64,000 nt of DNA from Mobula hypostoma (Eukaryota). The stretch is taken from the NCBI RefSeq assembly GCF_963921235.1, contig NC_086097.1, forward strand, positions 230,332,001 through 230,396,000. Reading direction: 5' to 3'. The notes under the pieces were generated by a model that saw only the letters and a program-made list of their open reading frames with translations, ran no database searches and was not told the origin of the DNA. This document shows, piece by piece, positions 13,886 through 25,174 of this stretch (positions within the stretch are counted from its first letter, which is position 1; every line of letters starts with the position of its first letter). Made by a program: the position numbers and the translations under genes.

Positions 13886-15467
13886 GATCGGCAGAGTAAA
13901 GCAAGTATCTTCCTTTCAGGAATCAGTGCCGCAGGTGTTCCACACTTGATGGTGCTTATTATGATTAAATATAAACAATAACTGAAAAAATTGGACTTTC
14001 ATTAGCACCCTTCACTTCCACTTTAGCAATGACAATAAAGTCTGGTCATGATTGTAATGGAGGAAGCATGACGATTTGAATTCAGCAACCTTCTGCCCTC
14101 AGCAAGATAACATGCCTGGATAACCTATTTTGGTGATGTCAATTGAGTGATAAATATTAGGCAGAACCCTGAGGTTTACGTCCCTCATTTCCCCTGAAAT
14201 CATAGCAATGGATGTTTTACCTCTATCTGAGACAGCAGATGGGATCTCATTTCAATACCTCATCTTAAGCAGTGCAGCAGTCCTTCCGGGCTACAGATTG
14301 TTAACCTAGGTCTCTGACCACTTGGCTTGAATTGACAAGCTCCTCACACAGGTGCTACCGGCTGAGCTGCAGCTGGCATTAATTTTTCATCGTACTTGAC
14401 ATAGCCCTGTGCCTGCATGTTTGGTCTGTGATTATGCATCAGATGTAGGCAGAGGCCAAGTATCTGTAAATTGCATACATCGCAAAACATTTACATGAAC
14501 TGTAGGTACAAGGTTTACCCTACTAATGAAAAAAGTGGAGGATATAGCCCAGTCCATCACAGGCAAAGCACCTCCCACCATTGAGCAGCTCTAAAAGGAG
14601 CGCTGTCACAAGAAAACAGCAATTACCCTACAACCCATGTTCTATGTCATTCCAGGCAGTTTCTAGAACAGGTTACACAGTCAGCACCACATTGTGGGCT
14701 GAAAAGGGCCTGTAATGTGCTGTAGATTTCTATGTTCTAATCATCAAGCTCCTAAGCCAGTGTGGATAACATTACACACCTTAACACTGAACTGATTCCA
14801 TTACCTACTGTCTCACTTTCAATGTCTTTACAACTCAAGTGTTCAGCATTATTTATTTATTTTTTTGTATTTGCGCAGTTTGTCTTTTGCACATTGGTTG
14901 TCAGTCTTTGTGTGTCACTTTTCATTGTTTCTACTGTATTTCTTTGTTCGACTGTGAATGCTTGCAAGAAAATGAATCTCAAGGTAGTGTACAGTGACAT
15001 ACACATAGTTTGATAATAAATTTACATTGAACTTTTACATTTAAACTAGGCTGCTCTCTGTATTCATTTCACATTATGGCAATGAAGGACTGTTGGAGCT
15101 AATCAAAGTTCACGAACTGTTGTGTGATCTGTACATTTCTAATGAAACAGCAAACTACTTGCTGATTCCATTTATACTGTAGGTCAGTACTGTACTTTGA
15201 TGGTTATCTGATTGATCAAAGTAATGCTCATTTCCTTCCTTTCTCTAATCAGCTTTTATATTTATACAGCTGAACTGACAGACAGAAAAGAGTTCCAATC
15301 AACTGGAATAAAACAGCTGCATCTCCAGTACTGTGGTTCTTTGGCTCAGTATCACTATTGGTAAGTATTTCATTTTTATCAAATTAAGCTTTGCAGCAGT
15401 AAACATGTCAGTCTATTCAAGCAGAGATGAAAGGATTCTGAAATAACAACACTGCGTTTAGCTGTAC

Positions 15468-15555
15468 CTTGGCATGATGCAAGTCCACTCCATACATAGA
15501 CAGCTTTTTGGCATTTTCCAAATAATGCATTTCTGCTTCTGCAGGTGACATGCCC
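15468..15555 (-). CDS. EPB41L3: EPB41L3 coding exon: (K)[29 protein letters not shown]
   Basis: 88 bp, phase 2/0; acceptor ttttAG, donor GTacag. [15 protein letters not shown] motif. Confidence 0.94.
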
Positions 15556-16629
15556 CTAAAAATTATCAACAATAATTAGAATTTTATTCAGTTCATCTAC
15601 CAAGTTCAGCATTTTGAATGTTACAAATCTATCCAAAAATGCAAAAAAAAACCTCTCCAACTGTGTGCATTTTCATGCACGGCCAAGCATCCTCTTACAA
15701 AATAACCAGGGGTAGAAAACATTATGTATAAAATGGCAATATTTATGCTTAGAAAAGAAATGTTAGAGGAGACACGAGATGCAGATGCAGGAATCTGGAG
15801 CAACAATCGCAGCATTTGTGAAAGGAAATGTCGACGTTTCGGGTGGATTCCCAGCATCAAGACCAAATGCAAATGTTCCACACATAGGTCATTAATTACA
15901 GAGGCAGTATCCTGCATTTTAAAGACCAAGCAAGTAGGCCACATGTTTCCTAACACAAAAATCACTGGGTTAATGACAACAGATGTAACTCTAATGTGAG
16001 ATGAACTGAGGACACAGGTTCATTACTGCTAAAAGGGAAACTACAATATGTCCTCAGAGAAATGAAATGCATGTTGCAAATAGCCAAATAAATCAGATTC
16101 TTCCTGACTTTAAACATGTAGCCAACAAGGCATCAAAAAAACTGATATTTATAGCCTCAACAACTGTATTTCATACATTCATTTAGATAAAGATTGAAAT
16201 CTCTGAAGAATAATTTAACCAAAATTTGAATACCTGAAGAATTAAAATTAAAAACACGAGACACTTAATATCATTGATTAGTCAGTAATGCTCCAATGTA
16301 TGCAGACTGTATGCACAGCCAGCATACAACTTTCAATCCAAAATGATTTGCAGTGGGTCACTGGTAAACAACTGTTCTATATCATGGGAATTAGCATTAG
16401 TGAAGCTAATTAAATTGTTATCCACAGGAAGCACTGTGTATATTCTGTTTGCTGTTGTCGTCGTCTGCTTTTTAATTCCTGTTTAAAAAGACACAAGACA
16501 GTGCCCAAGGAAAAAACATCAAGAGAAACATTTGATAAATTACAAAATTTACAAGTTTTACTTTCAGGCTTACCATAATTTGTTTCTCATAGATCTAATT
16601 TAGTAATCAATTTTATTTTTTTTTATTTG

Positions 16630-19300
16630 CAGGTAGTGTTGAGGGAGCAATGTGTTTGCAGAAGGATTTAGACAGATTGTGGGAATGGGCACTTGGAATG
16701 TAGTTTAGGGAATTTCATGGTCATGGACTTTGGCAGAAGGAAGAAAGGCTGGGGCTGTTTTCTAAATGGGGAGAAAATTCAGAAATTAAAGGTGCAGAGG
16801 AACTTGGGAGTCCTCATGCAGGTTGAGTCAATGGTAAGAAAGGCAAATGCAACGTTAGCATTCATTTCAAGAGGACTAGAATACAAAAGCAAGGACGTGA
16901 TGCTAAAACTTTACAAGGCTTTGATCAGACTGCATTTGGAGTATTGTGAGCAGTTTTCGGCTCCTTATCTAAGAAAGATGTACTGGTATTAGAGAGAGTC
17001 CGGAGGAGGATCATGAGAATGATCCCAAGTATCAAAGGGTTAACATTTGAGGAGTGTTTGATGGCTCTGGGTCTGAACTCGCTGGAGTTTAGAAGAATGA
17101 GGGGGTATCTCATTGAAATCTATCGAATATTGAATCTATCGAATATCGAATATGTGGAGAGGATAAGACCAAAAGACATAGAAGCAGAATTCAGGCCATT
17201 CAGTCCATTAGGTCTGCTCTACCATTCCATCATGACTGATCCTGGATCTCACTCAACCCCATATACCTCTCTTCTCGGAAACTATCAATTTCCACTTTGA
17301 AAATACCCCGGACTTGGCTTCCACTGCAGTCCGTGGTAAAGTGTTCCACAGATCCACTACTCTCTGGCTAAAAAAAATTCCTCCTTACCTCTGTTTGAAA
17401 AGGTCATCCTTCAGTTCTGAGGCTGTGCCCTCCAGTTCTGGTTACCCCACCAAAGGAAACATCCTCTCCATATACCCCTTATCCAGACTTTTCAACATTC
17501 GGTAGGTTTCAATGAGATCCCCGCCATGTATTCTTCTAAATCCCAGTGAGTACAGGCCCAAAGCTGCCAAACACTCTTCATATGTTAACCCCTTCTCTCC
17601 CAGGATCATCCTTGTGAACCTCCTCTGGGCTCCAATGACAACACATCCTTTCTGAGATATGGGGCCCATAACCTTTGACAATATTCAAGAGTGGCCTGAC
17701 CAATGTCTTACAAAGTATCAGCATTATCTCCTTACTTTTATATTCCATTCCCCTTGAAATAAATACCAACACTGCATTTGTCTTCCTGACCACAGACTCA
17801 ACCTACAAATTAATCTTCTGTGAGTCTTGCATAAGGATTCCTAAGTCCCCTTGCACCTCTGATGTTTGAGTTTTCTCCCCAGTTAAATAATAGTCTGCAC
17901 TATTATTCCTTTCACCAAAATGCATTATCATATATTTCCCAACACTGTATTCCATTGCCTCTTTTTTTGCCCATTCTTCTTAATTTATCTACAAACGTAA
18001 GTCTTGCTGCAATCACATGGCTTTCTCAGCACTACCTATCCCTCCACCTATCTTCGTATCACGGGTAAACTTTGCCACAAAGCCATCAATTTCATTATCA
18101 AAATCACTGACAAACATTGTGAAAAGCAGAAGTCCAATACTGACCCCTAAGGAACACCACTAGTCACTGGCAGCCAACCAGACAAGACTCCATTTATTCC
18201 CACTTGCTGCCTCTGCCTGTCAGCCATTCTGCTATCCATGCCAGTATCTTTCCTGTAAAACCATAGGATTTTATCTTGTTAAGCAGCCTCATGTGTGGCA
18301 TCTTACCAAACGCCTTCTGAAAATCCAACTAAATAACATCCTGTCTCTCCTTTGCTCACCCCACTTGTTTCTTCCTCAAAGAACTCTAACAGATTTATCA
18401 GGCAAGATTTCCCTTTACAGAAACCATACTGACTTTGAGTTATTTTATCATTAATCTCAAAGTACCCCAAAACCTCATCCTTAATAATAGACCCCCACAC
18501 TTCCCCAACCACTAAGGTTAGGCTAACAGCTGAGAAGATCATCGAGGTCTCTCTTCCCGCCATTACAGACATTTACACCACACGCTGCATCCGTAAAGCA
18601 AACAGCGTTATGAGGAACCCCACACACCCCTCATACGAACTCTTCTCCCTCCTGCCATCTGGAAAAAGGCACCAAAGTATTTGAGCTCTCACAACCAGAC
18701 TATGTAACAGTTTCTTCCCCCAAGCCATCAGACTCCTCACTACCCAGAGCCTGGACTGACACTAACCTACTGCCCTCTACTGTGCCTATTGACTTGTTTA
18801 TTATTTATTGTAATGCCTGCACTGTTTTGTGCACCTTATGCAGTCCTGGGTAGGTCTGTAGTCTAGTGTAGTTTTGTTCTGTTTCACATAGTTCATTGTA
18901 TTGTTCATGTAGCACCATGGTCCTGAAAAATGTTGTCTCGCTCTTACTCTGTACTGTACCAGCAGTTATGGTCGAAATGACAATAAAAAGTGACTTGACT
19001 TGACTATATTGTTTCCTATAGTGGGGGAGTCAAGGGCCAGAGGGAGACAGATTCAGAAATGTGGGATGTCCATTTAGAACAGAAAAATGTCCTTAGCCAG
19101 AGGGAGGTGAATCTGTAGAACTCTTTGCCACAGACAGCTGTGGAGGCCAGGTTATTGAGTATATTTAAAGCGGAAGTTGATAGGTTCTTGATTAATCATG
19201 GCGTCAAATGTCGCAGGGAGAAGGCAGGAGAATGGGGTCCAGGAGGTTAATAAATCAGCCCTGATGGAATGGTGAAGCAGACTTGATAGGCCAAATAGTC
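16630..19300. mobile_element. Nested LINE cluster: CR1(+) 16630-17160 continuing at 19005-19300, interrupted by CR1(-) 17165-18527 and a Rex1-like 3' end (+) 18527-19005
   Basis: ORFs 16693..16992 (LYKALIRLHLEYC), 17013..17300, 17442..17793 and 18303..18572 (QYGFCKGKSCLINLLEFFEE) are CR1 RT remnants; the Rex1-like piece ends in aataaaaagtgacttgacttgact. Confidence 0.75.
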
Positions 19301-19491
19301 TTGATAAGTGTTTATAATTAAAATATCAAAGCAAAATGTTGTTGATTTTTTTTGGCAATTAGGATTTATTAGTGGCACATGACTTGCCTTGTCCACTAAA
19401 TTTATGGACTAGTTATAAATGACTCAGTGAAAGCTGCCAGCAATTTTAAACTATCAAATTACTGTACATGCCTAAGTACTGTTACACGTAC

Positions 19492-19710
19492 TTGTGGGTT
19501 TTGTGTAGTTCTATTATTTTTTCTTCCAGTTCCTTAGTTTCATTCGGAGCAAAGCGAAACTCACTGATGTACTCAGTGCCGTACTCATCTGGGTCATAGT
19601 CCCCCAGTTCGGCTTGGACCGTGTATGAACCAAGCAAGACATGTGTGGCAAAAGAACACGGCAATCGTCCAGAGACAACATCATCCCTCAGCTGCAGACA
19701 CAAGTAGTAC
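19492..19710 (-). CDS. EPB41L3: EPB41L3 coding exon, FERM central lobe: (R)[20 protein letters not shown]...[13 protein letters not shown](K)
   Basis: 219 bp, phase 2/2; acceptor ccatctAG, donor GTacgt; overlaps ORF 19482..19703. LRDD and ISEFRFAPN are 4.1B-like. Confidence 0.95.
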
Positions 19711-20804
19711 CTAGATGGGAGGATAAAGAAAAAGCTTGAGATCTTCCAAACTTTTGGAGGTAAGCAGCATTCACTGTGGCATCAGACTTAAGAAATGACA
19801 ATCAATATTTTTTTCAGGAATCAAATGAAAAAAGACCTGTATTGCATGGCAGAAGAGGCAGCATCCTTGGAAAGGAATTAACAGTTGACGTTTCGGGCCG
19901 GGACTCTTCTTCTGGCCTTGATGAAGGATCTCGGCCTGGAACATCGACTGTTCATTTCTTTCCATAGATGCTGCCTGGCCTGTGATGTTCCTCCAGCATT
20001 TTGTGTGTGTTGCCTTGGATTTCCAGCATCTGCAGATTTTCTCTTGTTTGTGAATATACATTATTTCTTTTTTTAAAAAAAGAATATGAATTTGATGAAG
20101 ATTCCACGTTGATTATTCTGAACCGATGTAATTTAGTGGAGTAAGTCACAGATGTCTCTTTCTGGCAGCTTGAGAATTTCTCAACACTGGAGACATTCTT
20201 TGCTTTCAGTGGAGTACAACTTAATAATGAAATTTAGAGAGATCACAGGAATATTAAACAATCAAATTACAAAAGCAGTTTATTTTCATATAATGATTTT
20301 ATAAGTTCCCAAGTAGTTTATTAAAACTATTGTTATATGCAAAAAGATAATTTGTAAAACTTGCATGCTCAGGACATGGGCATTATAGTCAGGTCTAATT
20401 GCTCTGCATTGAATAGCCTTGTTCAGCTCTGTCAGAGGGCAATAAGAATCAACAGTATTGCTGTGGATCGAAAAGTCACATACTCAGCTAGGAAAGGAAA
20501 ATCAAATTCCTTATTCAAGATGTGAATCAGATGGGTGAACACTTCCATTTCATGGTTTAATCACTGCGTTTTTATTCCAAATACATTAACTGTATTCAAA
20601 TTTCCAAACTAGCTGATGGGATTCAGACTTGTATCTCTGACACAATATGGCATACATGTCTTGCAAATTTACCGATATGCTGCTTCCTCTCTTAAATTTC
20701 TCTCCAGTGAGAGTGGCAGTAAGCTGCTGATATTTTCCTGTTTAAAAGACAGCAGCTTTGGCATTTTCATTAATATGTGTCCAGAAGTGAGGGCAGCAGC
20801 GGGG

Positions 20805-21160
20805 AAAGGCCCAGATAGAGTGGATGTGGAGGGAATGATTCTTAGAGTGAGGGAGTCTAGGACCAGATATCAAAGTCTCAGAATACAAGGACGTCCTCTT
20901 ATAAGAGAGATGAAGAGGAATTCCTTTAGCCACAGGATGGTGAATCTGTGGAATTCAGTGCCACAGATGGCTGTGGAGGCTAGGTCATTCGGTGTACTTA
21001 AGGCAGAGGTTGATAGGTTCTTGATTACTAAGGGTGTCAAAGGTTACGGATAGAAGGCAGGAGAGTGAGTTAAGGAGGGATAATAAATCAGCCGTGATGG
21101 AATGGCGGAGCAGACTTGATAGGTTGAATGGCCTAATACTGCTCCTATGTCTTATGGACA
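20805..21160 (+). mobile_element. CR1 LINE 3' fragment
   Basis: ORF 20616..21053 C-terminal part ESRTRYQSLRIQGRP...MVNLWNS...KAEVDRFLITKGVKGYG. Confidence 0.75.
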
Positions 21161-21219
21161 CAATTTTCTTTTTAAATGAATCCCTAAATCACAGGGAAAA
21201 TGAAGTTGGGATATACGTA

Positions 21220-21357
21220 AACAACAGGAATTCTGCAGATGCTGGAAATTCAAGAAATGTCCTGACGAAGGGTATCGGCCTGAAATGTCGACTGTACCTC
21301 TTCCTAGAGATGCTGCCTGGCCTGCTGCGTTCACCAGCAACTTTGATGTGTGTTGCT
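21220..21357 (+). mobile_element. Short PLE-derived insertion (inverted tip plus direct pLTR end carrying a hammerhead motif)
   Basis: Flanked by imperfect 13-bp TSD tgggatatacgta (21207-21219) / taggagatacgta (21358-21370); contains GTC-CTGACGA-AGGGTATCGGCCT-GAAA-TGTC-GACTG. Confidence 0.7.
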
Positions 21358-22034
21358 TAGGAGATACGTACCCCATCACAGCTGAAACGGTCAGTATTTT
21401 TAGATTCCGTTCAATTGCTTGAGCTTATTTTTTAAAAGTCTTCTTAGTCTTAATTATTTCAGTTTTAAAATGCTTGATTAATTTTAAACAGTTAATGGAT
21501 TTTAAACGAGACTGAAGTCTTCTGGGCGGCATAAACATTCAGAGGTGTTGACAACTTGCCAAGCCAGAGGCATGGTTTAACCAGCTGTCAAGGATTTCTT
21601 TGCCTGTTATGTAACCATGTCTTGCTTTTCCCTGTCTCATGATACCAAACATGTTATGAAAGATCATGATGCCATTCAGGGCCAAGCTGTGACTGATGGA
21701 CCCAACTCCCGTTGGTAAGCTCCCACGGAGAAATGTACAAGTGTGATTTAACGGTAGAATAACAGTGAGATCAGCTAGCTTACACTTTGTAGTCCAATAA
21801 GTTTTGATTAATTCTTCAAAGAACGTCTGTTCAAAAGATAATGAAACTCTGTAAGGGCAAGTGAAGAATTCAACCAAGAGAAAACAGAAAGTGCGGATGG
21901 TGGAATCTACAGTTTTTTCCTAGAGTCTCATGATATTTTACACCCATCTACTGGAGTATTAACTTAATGTAAAATATAAAAAGATAAGACCACTTGCAGT
22001 GTTGTCCCCAGAAAAGGCCGAAGTCTTACTCGGC

Positions 22035-24230
22035 TCAAAGTTCAAAGTAAATGTATTATCAAAGCACATGTTTGCCACCATATACAACCCCGAGTTTCAT
22101 TTTCTTGCAGGCATGGACAGTAAATCCAAGAAACACAACAGAATCAATGAAAGACTGACAGGACAGACAAACAACCAATGCGCAACAGAAGACAAACTGT
22201 GCAAATACAAAAGAGAAAAAAAAAATAAACAAACAATAAATAATGAAAACATGAGATGAAGAATCCTTGAAAGTGAGTCCAGAGGTTGTGAGAACATTTC
22301 AATGATGGGGCAGATGAAGTTGAGTCTGGCTACCCCCTCTGGCTCAAGACCCCCTGATGGTTAAGGGATAATGACTGTTTCTGAACCTGGTGGTGTGGGT
22401 CCCAAGGCCCCTATATCTTCTTCCTGATGGCAACAGCAAGAAGAGGGCATAGCCTGGATGGTGGGGCTCCTCGATGATGGATGCTGATTTCCTGTGACAG
22501 AGCTCTGTAGAGATGAGTTCAATGGTGAGGACAGCTTTATCCATGATGGACTGGGCCATATCCACTACTTTTTGTACGATCTTCCATTCAAGGGCATTGG
22601 TGTTTCCATACTAGATTGTGACTAGTCAATATACTCTCCACCACAGATACACCAACGTTTGTCAAAGTTTGAGATGTCATGCCAAATCTTCACAAACTTC
22701 TAAGGAGGTAGAAGCGCTACCATGCTTTCTTCGTAATGGCACTTATGTGATAGATCCTCTGAAATGCGAACACTGAGGAAGTTAAAGTTGCTGACCCTCT
22801 CCACCTCTGATCCCTGATGAGGACAGGACAATGGACCTCCGGTTTCCTCCTCCTCCTGAAGTCAATAATCAGCTCCTTGGTCTTGCTGACATTGAGTGAG
22901 AGGTTGTTATTATGCTACCAGTCAGTCAGATTTTCAATCACCCTCCTATACGCTGATTCATCACCGCCTTTAATTCAGCCAACAACAGCGGTGTCGTCAG
23001 TAAACTTAGATATAGCTTTGCAGCTGTGCTTAACTCAAAGTCATAAGTATTAAGCGAGTAGAGCAGGGGGTTAAGCACACAGTCTTGTGGTACACCTCTA
23101 CTAATGGAGATTGTGAAGGAGATGTTTTTGCCAATCCAAACTGACTGGGGTCTGCAAGTGAGGAAATCGAGGATTCAGTTGCATGAGATGGTATTGAGGC
23201 CAAGATCTTGAAGCTTATTGATTGGATTTAAGGGGATGATGGTATTGAATGTTGAGCAGTAGTTGATAAAGAGCATCCTGATATATGCACTTTCACTGTC
23301 CAGATGTTGTAGGGTTAAGTGAAGGGACGATGAAATGGCATCTGCTGTGGACCCATTATGAGGGTAGGCAAGTTGCAGCAGATCCAAGTCACTGCTTGGG
23401 CAGCAATTGATATGCTTCATCACCAACTTCTTGAAGCATCTCATCACAGTGGATGTAAATGCCACTGGGATGATGGTCACTGAGGCAGGTTACCATGCTT
23501 TTCTTAGTCTCCGGTATAAATGAAGCCTCTTTGAAGCAGGTGGGTACCTCAGACTGCTAAAAGGAGAGGTTAAATATTTTAATGAGCACTCCAGCCAGTT
23601 GATCAGTATAGGTCTTTAGTAGTGGGCCAGGTACTCTGTCTGGGCCGGATGCTTTCCGTGATTTCACCCTCCTGACGGATGCTCTCACGTCAACCTCAGA
23701 GACTAAAATGGTAGGGTCATCGGGGGCTCTGGGAGTTTGTGAAGTTTCCTTCATGTTTTGATAGTCGAAACAATCATATAAGACATTGAGCTCATCTGGG
23801 AGCGAAGCTTTATCATCTATGTCACTTGCTTTCACTTTGTAAGAGGTGATAACATTCAAGCCCTGCTATGGCTGTCATGCATCCTTCAAGTTTGGCCCAG
23901 AATTGCCACTTCGTACATGAGATGCTGTAGATTTCACCTGGACATCTTCCATCTTACTTGGTCGCCAGACCTGAATGCCACTGATCTGGCCCTCAGCAGA
24001 TTGTGGATCTCATGGTTCATCCAGGGCTTCTGGTTGGAGAAGACTCTGAATGATTTTGTGGGGGCACAATCGCCTACGACTGATTTTATAAAGTCCGTGA
24101 TAATCGTGGTGAATTCAAGCCCCTCACTACCACCTCCAGCTGCACTGACAGATCTCTGAAAACCTGGAACACTGAATGATATGGTATATTGGCCAATGGA
24201 ATCGCCAGAAGATGACGAGTCCAAGAACTC
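22035..24230 (-). mobile_element. Rex1/Babar-like LINE, ~2.2-kb degenerate RT region plus 3' UTR
   Basis: ORFs 23934..24224 (NQKPWMN), 23557..23859 (KASGPDRVPG..LK...DQLAGV), 23175..23480 (PVAFTSTVMRCF, IRMLFINY.STFNTIIP), 22344..22565 (LLPSGRRYR). Confidence 0.85.
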
Positions 24231-24403
24231 TATTGAAGGACTGGCTCAATTGACAAGCATTTGGAAGGTGGCTGGCTCAATATTTTGCAATCTATCTTGC
24301 TAAATTGGCCACAAGGAAATCTGCAGATGCTGGAAATTCATCCAACGCACACAAAAAATGCCAGTGAACGCAGCAGGCCAGGCAGCATCTCTAGGAAGAG
24401 GTA

Positions 24404-24440
24404 CAGTTGATGTTTCGGGCCGAGACCCTTCGTCAGGACT
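24404..24440 (-). ncRNA. Minimal type I hammerhead ribozyme motif in a PLE pseudo-LTR (best-preserved core on the gene-sense strand)
   Basis: Minus strand AGUC-CUGACGA-A-GGG UCUCGG CCC-GAAA-CA-UC-AACUG. Core boxes are intact; stems I and III are altered by apparent CpG decay from ACGUC|GACUG. Confidence 0.6.
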
Positions 24441-24663
24441 AACTGAAAGAAGAGGTAGTAAGAGATTTGAAAGTGGGAGGGGGAGGGGGAGATCCGAAAT
24501 GATAGCAGAAGACAGGAGGGGAGGAGTGGATCTAAGAGCTGGAAAGTTGATTGGCAAAAGGGATACCAGGCTAGAGAAGGGACAGGATCATGGGACGGAA
24601 AGCCTGTGGAGAAACAGAAGGGGGGAGGGAAGCCCGGAGGGTGGAGAGCAGGGTAAGGAGTTA

Positions 24664-25174
24664 AGGCTGATTTATACTTTTGCGTCAACTCGACGCTGTA
24701 ACCTACGCAAGTGGCCTACGCGCGTTGTGAGCATTTATACTTGTGCGTTGGGGTGGCTGCATCGCTCTGCAATTCGGCCACATCGCGCATGCGCACACAC
24801 CTGCCCGCGCAAGGCTTCATGGTCACGGTCGTCTTTCTCGGGGTAAACAAATTTAAAGCGAGCGTCTTTTTTCGTAAAAGCGAAATGAGTCCTCCATAAT
24901 TTCGGAGGTCTGTAAAGCTTTATGGGAAGCATTGCAGTCAGAGTCACTTCCCTGACCTTCAGTCAGCCAATGGGAAGCTACTGCAGTGTAGGAGGAAATG
25001 CGATGCTACCAGGCGGACCAATCACAGTTGTTCAGTCTGCTTTGCTGCGACGCACAGTTACATTTTGGGAGCGGGGCGCTCAGGCTACGGCGTAGGGATC
25101 GCGTAGGCTCTGCGTAAGGTTCGCAGTGACGCCGTACCTACAGCGTCAAGTTGACACAAAGTATAAATCAACCT
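24664..25174. mobile_element. ~510-bp MITE (PIF/Harbinger- or Kolobok-like) inserted in the PLE pseudo-LTR
   Basis: ~38-bp TIRs aggctgatttatacttttgcgtcaactcgacgctgta / tacagcgtcaagttgacacaaagtataaatcaacct; inserted at a TTA/TAA site in gtaaggag-tta-tagtgagag. Superfamily uncertain. Confidence 0.8.
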
